DNA of 64,000 nucleotides from Patescibacteria group bacterium (GCA_038064515.1 JBBTSY010000005.1:50093-114092), one strand, 5' to 3'. Counted from the first letter of the stretch, positions 1-9,099 are shown. Notes: generated by a model not told the origin, from the letters alone. Numbers and translations: made by a program.

Positions 1-180
1 CTCATTGATAGCTACCGTGGTTTTACTTGGTTGGAACGACAGAGCTACACCATTGGCGATAGCCGCACTTCCTTTATTCAAAGCAATATCAAGTTTCGGA
101 TATATGTAATACAAGACTCCCGAACCAACAAGAAGGAGTCCTCCCACAACCAGCAAAAGATTTTCCAAACGTTTATTCAT
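1..180 (-). CDS. Partial (runs off window) membrane-anchored protein, probable cohesin-domain paralog of 184..1149
   Basis: Not in ORF track. ATG at 180 reads MNKRLENLLLVVGGLLLVGSGVLYYIYPKLDIALNKGSAAIANGVALSFQPSKTTVAINE. The TM helix and YYIYPK...NKGSAA...GVALSFQ segment parallel YQYVLPK...NRGDAA...GVTLSVQ of the neighbouring gene. Confidence 0.7.
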   Translation of the reverse strand, partial: MNKRLENLLLVVGGLLLVGSGVLYYIYPKLDIALNKGSAAIANGVALSFQPSKTTVAINE

Positions 181-183
181 AAA

Positions 184-1149
184 TTATCTGCCAAAATTGG
201 TTACTATAATATTATAATCAAAAAGATCTATATCGCCGTCTGTATCAAGGTCAGCTGATGATGAATTGTTTATAAATGCGCTTACAAATGCATTGTAATC
301 AAAAATATCTATCGTATTGATCGGCGCTACCATATCCCCAATTTTACTCACCTGCACAGTTACTGTTCTCGTGATGGACGATGATGGATTGGACGCAGTG
401 AGTGTATAGGTTGTGGCCGTGCTCGGAGCTACATCTTTTATTCCAGACAACTGAACCGTACCTACTCCTTGGTCGATACTTACCGCCGTAGTATTGGCAG
501 TTGACCAGGTTAATCGCGAGGAAGCTAAGGAACTAGGAACCAATAGTCCGGTTTTAATTGCCAGTGGTGAAGCCGATAGCTCGGCCGTAGGCGGATTATT
601 GGTAATAGTCATAGTAAGAGGAACACGGGTAGTTAATACGTTTGCCGGCTCTCCGACGGCAGCAACCTGACTTGTGGCATCAACTTGAATAGTCGCGGTG
701 CCAATTTGTACGGCTCGAAAAGTAATCAGAGCCACGGTTCCAATTCCCTGCCTGCCGGCAGTACCACTGCCTACGACAATGCTTGCCGTTCCCGATCCGA
801 TGATGCCTGGTGATAGTACTGACGGCAGAAAAGATCCGCCAGTAATACTGATCGGTTGCAATGTATTTTGCGGAAAGCTGATGCGGATATCGGCGGCGGT
901 TACCATGGCGGTCCCCGTATTAAGCACGACATCAACGGTAAATTGATTATTCAAAACAACGCTCGTAGTAGTGGATTGTACCGAGAGAGTCACCCCGCTC
1001 ACCGCCGCATCACCCCTATTAAAATCTAGCTGGGATTTAGGGAGAACATATTGATATGCGAGAAAACCAATCACTACGATAACAATAATACCAAAAAGCG
1101 CACGGTGATTTACCGGAGGCGGAGCATCAAACGGGTGTATTGGGTCCAT
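184..1149 (-). CDS. Membrane-anchored protein with cohesin domain, Ig-like domain and C-terminal dockerin-like duplicated EF-hand
   Basis: N-terminal TM. Cohesin-like segment QFTVDVVLNTG...AADIRISFP...GTVALITFRA. C-terminal GD...IDIFDYN...ADLDTDGDIDLFDYNIIVTNFG dockerin-type repeat. Confidence 0.75.
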   Translation of the reverse strand: MDPIHPFDAPPPVNHRALFGIIVIVVIGFLAYQYVLPKSQLDFNRGDAAVSGVTLSVQSTTTSVVLNNQFTVDVVLNTGTAMVTAADIRISFPQNTLQPISITGGSFLPSVLSPGIIGSGTASIVVGSGTAGRQGIGTVALITFRAVQIGTATIQVDATSQVAAVGEPANVLTTRVPLTMTITNNPPTAELSASPLAIKTGLLVPSSLASSRLTWSTANTTAVSIDQGVGTVQLSGIKDVAPSTATTYTLTASNPSSSITRTVTVQVSKIGDMVAPINTIDIFDYNAFVSAFINNSSSADLDTDGDIDLFDYNIIVTNFGR

Positions 1150-1163
1150 GTATGTTTATTATA

Positions 1164-3200
1164 TTACGATCCGAAGTTCCCTACCAGGATATTATAATCA
1201 AAGATATTCACCGTGCCATTGCCGTCAATGTCTTCGGGAATCCATCCCGGAGAACCTGATTGACCAAATCTGCCGACTAGGCGGTTATAGTCGAAGATAT
1301 CAATATCACCGTCGCGGTCAATGTCGCCGGGACGGTAGGTTGTACTACCGCAAATGAAGTTACTTGCAGTCGCCGCACTGTTCCCACCGCTATTAGCGGC
1401 GTGAACCCACCAGTTGTAGGCCCTATTTTGAGTAACGGGTAACGTATAGGTGACCACGGTCAGGTTATTGACGATTTTATCCGGCGGATCAGAGCAGAAC
1501 CAGCCATCTTGGCAACTTGAAGTATTATTGGTGGTCTCATCCACTCGGATATAGTAGGCAGTAGCTCCTGATACTGGTTGCCAGCTAAGCACAACTTGGG
1601 TGTTATTGTTACTGCAGACGCTCGTAAGCCCTTGGGGAGATGCGGGCGGAACTATGATAACGGGAGGCAGAAGATGAAATGTTTTCGTTCCCAAGAGAGG
1701 ATTGGTGGCCGTCCCGGCTTGGCCTTGCGGAGGGATATTGATGGCATACGCAGAAACGGTGTGGTTTTGGCCATCAAGGAATCTTGCGGGGAGTTGAGTA
1801 AGGTCATAAGTAAACCCATGGTTATCGGTGATTGTGGGATACGTGGGTCGGTAGACCCGGCTCACATCGCCCCTGATTTTATCGGCAGAAACAGCCGCCA
1901 AGACACAGGTAGCGGGAGGACACGCTCCCGGGATACCGTCAAAGTAGAGATGCACCGTAGCTGTCTGTGTCGGATCATCCGGATCAAAGGTCCAGCCGAA
2001 GATGCTGTTTGCTGCTATTATTCCCCCGCCTTCAGTGGGAATTTGCGTGTAGGTGGGTCCGTCGTTGGAGCCCAGAGCGGTCTGGTCCGGCGCGGGAGGC
2101 GGCGGACCACCCGTGACAGATGGATATGCAACTTTAAACCAGCGACTGAGCGTCAGATTGCCGTACTCACTTCCCGTTTCAATCGCAACGATCTTTGTTA
2201 TCTCTCCACCTTCCAGCACGCCCAGATTAGTTAGAATATGGCCTCCCGAATCCGATGCGGGATCGTAACAACCATTGTCATTGAAGTCATGACCGCCATG
2301 CCAATACATCAGCGTGTGACTCAAGGCTGGTCTAGCATAGTCGCTGTAATTAAACAACCAGGTGTGATTTCCGTACACAGACCGCGGATCGTTCACCAGT
2401 AGCATAGTGCGTCCCCATATATCAGGATCCGCGTCGCTGTAGTAGCCCAGAGGAAGTGGCGGAACATGAAAAGCGGGAGCATACGGGAAGAACCCGCCGA
2501 TGGATGTCATGTAAGAATCGGTTAATTCGGGAGCCATATAAGTCCATTCCGCACTCGCTCCAAAACCCTGGCGGATTGCCGACAGTCCCCAGTAATGCTC
2601 CGAGAACTGCGATGCGGTGAGCTGGGCAGAGGAGTACGGGGATTGCGATGAGATGTATGCGTATCCGTACACGCCACCGGCATACCAGGGAGACGGATCG
2701 TTATCACCCACGACACTGCGAAGAATTAGTGACTGTGTTTGTGATCCTTGTTCGGGCGTCCAGGAAAAGGTAAATCCGACCGACACTTCGGGAGGGCCGG
2801 ACGCATACTCTATATCGGGAACATAGATTTGGAGAGAAGACCCGTTAAATGACCAGGAACCCGCGCGCTGAACCATTCTAAAATTTCCGGCCGTAATAAA
2901 CCCCGGCTGACAGTTTGGATTGTAGTTGGGCGGGAGAATGCCCGGCGTAAGACGCATCGCATTGTGTTTCTTCGTCGTGTCAGAATAGTCACCTACAACC
3001 GTCTTAAGATAATACATATCCGCCGTCCCACCCGCATTGAGCGCCGCATACCCGAGAATCACGGTGCTTCCGTTGGGAGTGCCGAAGTTTCCATTGAACA
3101 GAATATATTTACCAGAAAAGTCGGCAACGGTTTTCATGCCGGAACCATGAGCGGATATCGTGGCACTCGTCTGGCCTCCGCGGCCGTCATTCACCGTCAC
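1164..3200 (-). CDS. Large extracellular protein (Ig-like/FN3-like modules, C-terminal dockerin); C-terminal part of a gene interrupted by an in-frame TAA at 3240-3242
   Basis: C-terminal GDIDRDGDIDIFDYN...EDIDGNGTVNIFDYNILVGNFG. FN3-like LSWQPVSGATAYYIRVD...YNWWVHA. In frame with 3240..3512. Confidence 0.7.
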   Translation of the reverse strand: MTVNDGRGGQTSATISAHGSGMKTVADFSGKYILFNGNFGTPNGSTVILGYAALNAGGTADMYYLKTVVGDYSDTTKKHNAMRLTPGILPPNYNPNCQPGFITAGNFRMVQRAGSWSFNGSSLQIYVPDIEYASGPPEVSVGFTFSWTPEQGSQTQSLILRSVVGDNDPSPWYAGGVYGYAYISSQSPYSSAQLTASQFSEHYWGLSAIRQGFGASAEWTYMAPELTDSYMTSIGGFFPYAPAFHVPPLPLGYYSDADPDIWGRTMLLVNDPRSVYGNHTWLFNYSDYARPALSHTLMYWHGGHDFNDNGCYDPASDSGGHILTNLGVLEGGEITKIVAIETGSEYGNLTLSRWFKVAYPSVTGGPPPPAPDQTALGSNDGPTYTQIPTEGGGIIAANSIFGWTFDPDDPTQTATVHLYFDGIPGACPPATCVLAAVSADKIRGDVSRVYRPTYPTITDNHGFTYDLTQLPARFLDGQNHTVSAYAINIPPQGQAGTATNPLLGTKTFHLLPPVIIVPPASPQGLTSVCSNNNTQVVLSWQPVSGATAYYIRVDETTNNTSSCQDGWFCSDPPDKIVNNLTVVTYTLPVTQNRAYNWWVHAANSGGNSAATASNFICGSTTYRPGDIDRDGDIDIFDYNRLVGRFGQSGSPGWIPEDIDGNGTVNIFDYNILVGNFGS

Positions 3201-3239
3201 TGTAGTGGTAACTACAGTTGCTGACCCCGTAATTGGACA

Positions 3240-3512
3240 TTAAGCTTTGTTTCCGGACCCGGAAGCGCACCCGGACCAAGCATAAGAAAGCGGGTCGCCG
3301 TCGAGATCGGCCGCGGTCGCTTCAAAAAATGCCGTACAATTTGCGACACACTTTCCGCTGCTCTTGAGCGTAACCGAAGGAGCGCGATTCGACTCTGCCG
3401 CTTTGGGTTGTGAAAAATCTACGCGATACCCAAAATTGATAAATAATTGATAAATGCCTATCGGTAAAAATAGGATAATGAGACCGATGATTATTTTTTC
3501 ACGATTATTCAT
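3240..3512 (-). CDS. N-terminal fragment (TM anchor plus first half of PKD/Ig domain) of the interrupted dockerin protein
   Basis: TM helix then NRAPSV...AADLDGDPLSYAWS. The same frame continues after the stop as CPITGSATVVTTTVTVNDGRGG, completing a PKD-like domain. Confidence 0.65.
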   Translation of the reverse strand: MNNREKIIIGLIILFLPIGIYQLFINFGYRVDFSQPKAAESNRAPSVTLKSSGKCVANCTAFFEATAADLDGDPLSYAWSGCASGSGNKA

Positions 3513-3536
3513 TCACCAATGCCCCCGTTTATGCCT

Positions 3537-4199
3537 TTATTGTCGTCGATACACGGGAATCTGGCCTACGAAGGTGTAAGGATCAGCTTTTGCGTACCAA
3601 ACAAATTCATTGTTGTTGATGCAGAATACTTTCTTGAAAAAGTTCGCGTCCCATCGGACCGCGACATCTCCCGCGACTTGGACATGATGCAACGTTCCAG
3701 TATCCTCACCGGTTACTTCTAGCGCGTACACTTTCGGATCATTCGTTTCGCAATTCTGAAAAAGAACGCTCGTGAAATACTGGTCTCGAAGCACCGGAGA
3801 CACCCGAGTTACATTCCCCCACCCACCAAGGTGACCATAGAAATTGAAGATTATGGGGTTCAGAAAAAGGCGTTTATAGCCCCACGAATTCACAATGTAA
3901 ATATCAGGGTCAATAGTGCCAAAAGCGCTGACCATCGTACCTTCGGGTAGAATCACCGCTGGGATTGGCAACGGACAAATAAAAATCGGATCGCACGGCG
4001 TCGTAAAGCACTGAACTACTTCGTAATAGCACCCGAAAGCGCAATATCCTTCTTCAGGTTCAGGGATCATACAGGCCGGACGGGCATCCAAACACGCTGG
4101 ACGCACCTGACAAGCCGGCGCTTCAGCCTGCGCCGCGAATCCCACCATAAAGAATCCGATCATGATCCCAAAGAAAATGAGTTTTTTCATATTATTCAT
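3537..4199 (-). CDS. Secreted hypothetical protein with Cys-rich N-terminal modules
   Basis: Signal peptide MKKLIFFG...AAQA. Cys-rich CQVRPAC..C and CFTTPCDP motifs. Start moved to ATG 4199 (or 4190) because the ORF-track start lies inside tkt. Confidence 0.65.
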   Translation of the reverse strand: MNNMKKLIFFGIMIGFFMVGFAAQAEAPACQVRPACLDARPACMIPEPEEGYCAFGCYYEVVQCFTTPCDPIFICPLPIPAVILPEGTMVSAFGTIDPDIYIVNSWGYKRLFLNPIIFNFYGHLGGWGNVTRVSPVLRDQYFTSVLFQNCETNDPKVYALEVTGEDTGTLHHVQVAGDVAVRWDANFFKKVFCINNNEFVWYAKADPYTFVGQIPVYRRQ

Positions 4200-5055
4200 G
4201 TTCCGATTGTATTTTACCACGAAGCGTTCGGAGTTCAGATAGAAATTTTTTTGCTTCTTCTGGTTTCGGCGGCACGCCATGCCATTTATAATCAAACTGA
4301 ATCGCTTCAATCCCCTTCCCGGGAATAGTATGTGCGATAATTAACGTTGGTTTTTCATGGATGGCTTTAGCTTGTTCTACTGAATCGACAAACTGCTCGA
4401 TATTGTGGCCATCGACCTCAAGAACATGCCAATTAAAAGCTTCCCACTTAGCTCGCAATGATTCAAGCGGCATAATATCCTCTGTCATCCCATCAATCTG
4501 AATATTATTCCTATCGATAACGCCCGTAAGGTTCGAAAGTTTGTATTTTCCGGCAAACATTGCCGCCTCCCATGTTGCTCCCGAGTCCTGTTCTCCATCC
4601 GACATGGCGCAGTACACGCGGAATTTTTTGTTATCCATGCGCGTAGCATAGGCATAGCCGGCGGCCTGCCCCAAACCGGAGCCAAGCGGTCCCGAGGTAG
4701 TTTCAAGGCCGGGTAATCGTTCTCGTTCGGGATGGCCCTGCAGACGCGAACCAAATTTGCGAAGCGTTTTTAATTCTTCCAATGGGAAATAACCGGCATG
4801 AGCCATGGTTGCATATTGCACTGGCGCAATGTGACCATTGGAAAGAATAAACCGATCCCGCTCGCTCCAGCTAGGATCTTTAGGATTATGATTAAGGACA
4901 TGGAAGTAGAGCGCCGTGAAGATATCCGCCATGCCTAAAGGTCCAGCCGTATGACCCGAACCCGCTTCTACGAGCATCTCAATAATACTTTGTCGTATAT
5001 CGTTGGCTTTGAGCTCGAGCTCTTTTATTTTATCTTCGTGGATGTAATGGGACAT
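4192..5055 (-). CDS. tktA: Transketolase, N-terminal (TPP-binding) subunit
   Basis: SGH, RDRFILSNGH, LQGHP, SGPLGSGL, SDGE...E, DRNNIQIDG and HTIPGKG motifs. 287 aa split-type N-subunit. Confidence 0.92.
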   Translation of the reverse strand: MSHYIHEDKIKELELKANDIRQSIIEMLVEAGSGHTAGPLGMADIFTALYFHVLNHNPKDPSWSERDRFILSNGHIAPVQYATMAHAGYFPLEELKTLRKFGSRLQGHPERERLPGLETTSGPLGSGLGQAAGYAYATRMDNKKFRVYCAMSDGEQDSGATWEAAMFAGKYKLSNLTGVIDRNNIQIDGMTEDIMPLESLRAKWEAFNWHVLEVDGHNIEQFVDSVEQAKAIHEKPTLIIAHTIPGKGIEAIQFDYKWHGVPPKPEEAKKFLSELRTLRGKIQSEHE

Positions 5056-5057
5056 AG

Positions 5058-5354
5058 CTATGAAAAACGAATATAGAAATGGAGAAAGCCTCCAAACACT
5101 AAAGCTCCGAGAGAACCCCCAAGAAAATAGGCAGCAATACTTCTCATCTGATTAGTCCTGAAAATCATTAAAAAAATACTTGAGAGTATGATGCCAATTC
5201 CGCTAGCCATCAATATAGAAACAGAAAGTATTGATAAGCCAAGATATCCGAACCCGTCAGCATTCATAACATCTTTGCCGAAAAATACGGCCATTAACAT
5301 AAGCGCAGTTATAGCTCCATACAGCACTTTTTTTTGTATTTCTTTCATAATCAT
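5058..5354 (-). CDS. Small membrane protein (about 3 TM)
   Basis: Three hydrophobic segments. Ends 2 nt before the tkt start. Confidence 0.6.
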   Translation of the reverse strand: MIMKEIQKKVLYGAITALMLMAVFFGKDVMNADGFGYLGLSILSVSILMASGIGIILSSIFLMIFRTNQMRSIAAYFLGGSLGALVFGGFLHFYIRFS

Positions 5355-5359
5355 TTATA

Positions 5360-5524
5360 CTGTGATTGCATCCTACTTTTGAGGGCAGCAAGGAGATGGT
5401 GGTCTTCTCCTCTACCGTCAGACCGTTAGGGCGGAAAGAGGCTCAGATTACATGGATGCTTTAGCGTGGTTGGGCAACGAACCCACACGCAAGATCATAG
5501 AGCCGTGCCCCCCTGCTATCACAG
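5360..5524. ncRNA. Candidate structured RNA, family unassigned
   Basis: Nested complementary segments: 5360-66/5518-24, 5383-87/5506-10, 5391-96/5406-11, 5440-44/5500-04, 5464-68/5486-90. Crossing pair 5368-73/5454-59. Confidence 0.35.
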
Positions 5525-5534
5525 GAGGGTCGTT

Positions 5535-6602
5535 TTATAAAGAGCCTGCTACTTTCAATACATGCTGTACTAGGGTATTCGTATAGCCAAATTCATTGTC
5601 ATACCATGAATACACACAACACAGATCGCCATCCACGACTTTGGTCAGAGATAGATCAACGATAGCGGCGTGAGGATCGCCGATAATATCGGTCGAAACA
5701 ATGGGGTCGTTCGTCGTCCGCATGATCCCCCGCCAGCGAGACTCTTGTTCGGCAGATTTGAGAATTGAATTAATTTCTTCTATAGTCGTCGACTTTTCGG
5801 AAATAAACACGATTGCCGAAAGCGAGCCGGTAACCGTCGGCACCCGCATGGCGACACCGTCGAATTTATCTTTCAGCCCTACTACGGCTCGAGCAACGGC
5901 GATTGCCGCACCGGTGGTGGAAGGCACGATGTTGACTCCGGCCGCCCGTCCCCGCCGCAGATCATCGCCTTTCACGGGACCATCGATCAAATTTTGAGTG
6001 GCGGTATAGCCGTGCACGGTGTTGAGGAACGCTTTTTTGATACCCAGCTTTTCGGAGAGAATCTGCATCACCGAGGAAGCGGAATTTGTCGTACAAGAGC
6101 CGTTGGAGGAGATGGAACAGGTTTTGAGATCGCCGTCGTTAACTCCCATAAGCACCGTTCGCGCATCCGGCCCATCTTCGTCTTTGGCCGGAGCCGTTAA
6201 TACCACCCGTTTGGCGCCAGCTTGGATGTGCACCCTCGCTTTATCATAGCTTTCAAAAGCACCGGTTGATTCAATGACGATGTCTATCCCAAGTTGTGCC
6301 CATGGAAGTCGGGTTGGCTCCTTTTCCTGTATAAAACACACCTCTTTATCGCCGACGATTAAGTACCTCTCCCTGCCAGATTCTCTAGTGCTCACCTGCT
6401 TATCGTAGCGGCCATATACCGAATCATATCGCAGGAGATAGGCTAAGTTTTCAATATTACCTAGATCATTGACGGCCACGATATCGAGCCTTGCCTGCGC
6501 AGGCAGGCCTGCCTTTTCCAAAGCAAGCTTAAAAAATGACCGGCCAATTCGGCCAAAACCATTGATAGCTACCTTAACCGGCGTTGAGGCGGCAAACAAC
6601 AT
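5535..6602 (-). CDS. gap: Glyceraldehyde-3-phosphate dehydrogenase (type I)
   Basis: VAINGFGRIGR, ESTG, SNGSCTTN, GMAMRVP-like GVAMRVPT, WYDNEFGY. Start set at ATG 6602, 6 nt downstream of TGCTATAAT. Confidence 0.95.
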   Translation of the reverse strand: MLFAASTPVKVAINGFGRIGRSFFKLALEKAGLPAQARLDIVAVNDLGNIENLAYLLRYDSVYGRYDKQVSTRESGRERYLIVGDKEVCFIQEKEPTRLPWAQLGIDIVIESTGAFESYDKARVHIQAGAKRVVLTAPAKDEDGPDARTVLMGVNDGDLKTCSISSNGSCTTNSASSVMQILSEKLGIKKAFLNTVHGYTATQNLIDGPVKGDDLRRGRAAGVNIVPSTTGAAIAVARAVVGLKDKFDGVAMRVPTVTGSLSAIVFISEKSTTIEEINSILKSAEQESRWRGIMRTTNDPIVSTDIIGDPHAAIVDLSLTKVVDGDLCCVYSWYDNEFGYTNTLVQHVLKVAGSL

Positions 6603-6609
6603 ACCTATA

Positions 6610-7251
6610 TTATAGCAGTTTTCCCGCCCACGAGAATGAGCGCCTGTGTATAGGCGAAGGTCCGAGCGCGATAAGTCGGGCATGATGTAGTTTCGTACCA
6701 TAACCTTTGTGTTTTTCGAAGCCGTATCCCGGAAATTTTTTAGCATAACGGCCCATCATCTCATCACGAAAAACCTTCGCAATGATTGAGGCACATGCTA
6801 TGGCAAATACCTTGCGGTCGCCTTTGATTATCGCCTCCTGTGCAAATGGAATATCTTTGATTTTTTTATTTCCGTCTACGAGTACCACGACTTTCTTCTT
6901 TTTGCTTTCTATTTTTAGCTTGCGTATCACTTGCCTCATGGCTTGGCGAGAAGCTTGGTAAATATTGATACGGTCGATTGTTCGAGAAGAACAATATGCC
7001 ACTTTAAATCGAATGTTTTCCTGTTTTAATGCACTGGAAAATACTTTCCGTTGATGTGGCGCAAGAAGCTTAGAATCCCGTAGGCCGTGGAGTGCGCGAT
7101 GATTTGTATTAAAAAAATCTTTTCCAAAAACTGCCGCACAGACTACGACAGGACCCGCCAAACACCCCATGCCCACTTCATCAATACCAACAACATGCGA
7201 GTATCCTTCTTGAAATAATTTGCGTTCTTTGGTTTTAGATGGTAATTTCAT
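6610..7251 (-). CDS. rnhB: Ribonuclease HII
   Basis: GIDEVGMGCLAGPV, DSKLL, LVDG, KGD, ASIIAKVFRD, HKGYGT, HRRSF. Confidence 0.95.
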   Translation of the reverse strand: MKLPSKTKERKLFQEGYSHVVGIDEVGMGCLAGPVVVCAAVFGKDFFNTNHRALHGLRDSKLLAPHQRKVFSSALKQENIRFKVAYCSSRTIDRINIYQASRQAMRQVIRKLKIESKKKKVVVLVDGNKKIKDIPFAQEAIIKGDRKVFAIACASIIAKVFRDEMMGRYAKKFPGYGFEKHKGYGTKLHHARLIALGPSPIHRRSFSWAGKLL

Positions 7252-7277
7252 ACAGGTTTGCGAGAAAGGAGAACGAC

Positions 7278-7556
7278 ATGCAACGTTGGGATGACGTTCA
7301 GACGTACACTCAAGGCAAGTGCCAGATGTGCAACCGTCAGAAACAGCTTCGGGCCGGCACCCTGGATTCCGGGAAACAGTGGCGGCTCTGCGACGACTGT
7401 CACCAACGCTGGGAGATCACCGAATCCGAGCAGGGTAACCCCGAATTCATCGGCGCAACGCTCCGCGAGGAAGTTGATGCGCGAGATGGCGGCACTTCCT
7501 ATCGTACCGTTCGTATGATGAGCACCCCAGCGACGGTCCCGGGCCTAGGCGACTAG
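7278..7556 (+). CDS. Small hypothetical protein with CxxC...CxxC zinc-ribbon-like motif
   Basis: ATG 7278 preceded by GAAAGGAGA. CQMC and CDDC pairs. GC-richer than neighbours and antisense between trmH and rnhB. Confidence 0.55.
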   Translation: MQRWDDVQTYTQGKCQMCNRQKQLRAGTLDSGKQWRLCDDCHQRWEITESEQGNPEFIGATLREEVDARDGGTSYRTVRMMSTPATVPGLGD

Positions 7557-8059
7557 GCCCTTTTCTTTTCCATGAGCTTGTATGCCGCAATCCCAAACGC
7601 GACCGCAACATTCAGCGATTCCTTTCTGCCACACATCGGTAATTCAATAATCGCATCACAGGAATTTAGAACCTTCTTACTCATACCATTCACTTCATTG
7701 CCCACGATTAATGCTAGAGGAAATTTCGGTTCGTACTTTCTATAGTCTATTGATTTTGATGATTGTTCAAGAGCGATGATATGAACATCTTCCTTCTTTA
7801 GTCGTTCAATAAGTCGCCACGCTTGAGGAACATACTCCCATGCCACTGACTTTTCCGCTCCCAGCGCCGTCTTGGCAATTTTGCTGCGTCCGCCGAAATC
7901 TTGATGGAGGCTGATCTCTTTACTAGTGAGCGGTGTTGGCGTGTAACCGCATAGATAGATTTTTTCTACGCCAACTGCATCAGCAGTACGAAAAATTGAG
8001 CCTACATTAAAGGCGCTGCGGATGTTATTGAGTATCAACATGATGCTTTTTCTGGGCAT
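7553..8059 (-). CDS. TrmH/SpoU-family RNA 2'-O-methyltransferase
   Basis: LNNIRSAFNVGSIFRTADA, KTALGAE, VGNEVNG, LPMCGRKESLNVAVA SPOUT motifs. Start set at ATG 8059. Confidence 0.9.
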   Translation of the reverse strand: MPRKSIMLILNNIRSAFNVGSIFRTADAVGVEKIYLCGYTPTPLTSKEISLHQDFGGRSKIAKTALGAEKSVAWEYVPQAWRLIERLKKEDVHIIALEQSSKSIDYRKYEPKFPLALIVGNEVNGMSKKVLNSCDAIIELPMCGRKESLNVAVAFGIAAYKLMEKKRA

Positions 8060-8359
8060 AGGAGGTCTTTTGTTTAGTAGGTTCGTTACGAAATTTTCAG
8101 ATGTGTGACGAGGCAAAACAAAAATTTTGAAGCATAGAAATCTCTGTTGATAAATTTTTGTGAAGCCGCAGTCCACATGTGAAAATTGCAGTAGAAATTT
8201 ACTATACAAAAGACCTCCTCGAATGCTATAGTATCAATGCACTAACTACAAGCCATAAGGTAGAAATATGCCTGCTTTTAGCGAGTATACGGCACCTCAT
8301 GGCGGAATACACAGTATGGAAACATTAAACCTCTCGTCTGGGCCGGGACGGTCGTCCTG

Positions 8360-9055
8360 GTGGTTCTCGGACTTTTCCTGCTCGTCAGTACCAATCATCT
8401 CTTAAATACCGCAACGACCTCGAATACGGTTTCCTTCAGCGGTGAAGGAAAAGTCATAACTAAACCAGATATTGCTACGGTCAGTTTGGCAATCGTAACT
8501 GAAGGAGTAACTTCCAAGGCGGCCCAAGACGCAAACTCCCAGAAATCAAAATCATTAACCGATTTCTTAAAGAAGAGCGGTGTTGAAGACAAAGATATCA
8601 AGACATCTTCATACAACATCAATCCGACCTACACTTATCCTCCATCTGGCACTCCTCGCATTACCGGATATTCCGTCAATCAATCAGTAGGGATAAAAAT
8701 CCGTGATCTTGATAAAGTAAACGACATTCTCGACGGCGTCGTCACTGCTGGCGTAAACCAGGTTAGCGGCTTACAGTTCACCGTTGATGATATTGAAAAA
8801 CTCCGTGCGGAAGCTCGTGAACTGGCAATCAAAGATGCCAAGAAAAAAGCCGATGTACTAGAGGATCAAATTGGCGTCAGTCTTGGTAAAATCGTAAATT
8901 TTTCCGAGAACTTCAGTGACTATCCCACCCCGATCTACTTCGCTAAAGAGCTTTCCGCTGATGGTCGCGGCGGCATGGGCGGCGGCGGACCGTCCATCCC
9001 AGCAGGCGAAAATGAAATAATCATCCAGATACAGATAACTTACCAAATTAAGTAA
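8360..9055 (+). CDS. SIMPL/DUF541 domain protein (5' end possibly frameshifted)
   Basis: VSFSGEGKV..KPDIA, DIKTSSYNINPTY, GVNQVSGLQF, AIKDAKKKA, IPAGENEI motifs. Confidence 0.88.
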   Translation: MVLGLFLLVSTNHLLNTATTSNTVSFSGEGKVITKPDIATVSLAIVTEGVTSKAAQDANSQKSKSLTDFLKKSGVEDKDIKTSSYNINPTYTYPPSGTPRITGYSVNQSVGIKIRDLDKVNDILDGVVTAGVNQVSGLQFTVDDIEKLRAEARELAIKDAKKKADVLEDQIGVSLGKIVNFSENFSDYPTPIYFAKELSADGRGGMGGGGPSIPAGENEIIIQIQITYQIK

Positions 9056-9070
9056 CCTGCTTGGCCTATC

Positions 9071-9097
9071 ATAAAACCGCCAGCAAGGCGGTTTTAT
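9071..9097. terminator. Bidirectional intrinsic terminator
   Basis: ATAAAACCGCC-AGCAA-GGCGGTTTTAT hairpin between convergent genes. Confidence 0.8.
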
Positions 9098-9099
9098 GA

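Noticed and set aside
5360-5524. RNase P RNA, tmRNA or 6S assignment for the structured interval
   Set aside because: Lacks GAGGAAAGUCC/ACAGAA-GGCUUA, a tRNA-like T-arm, or a simple rod with central bubble. Left unassigned.
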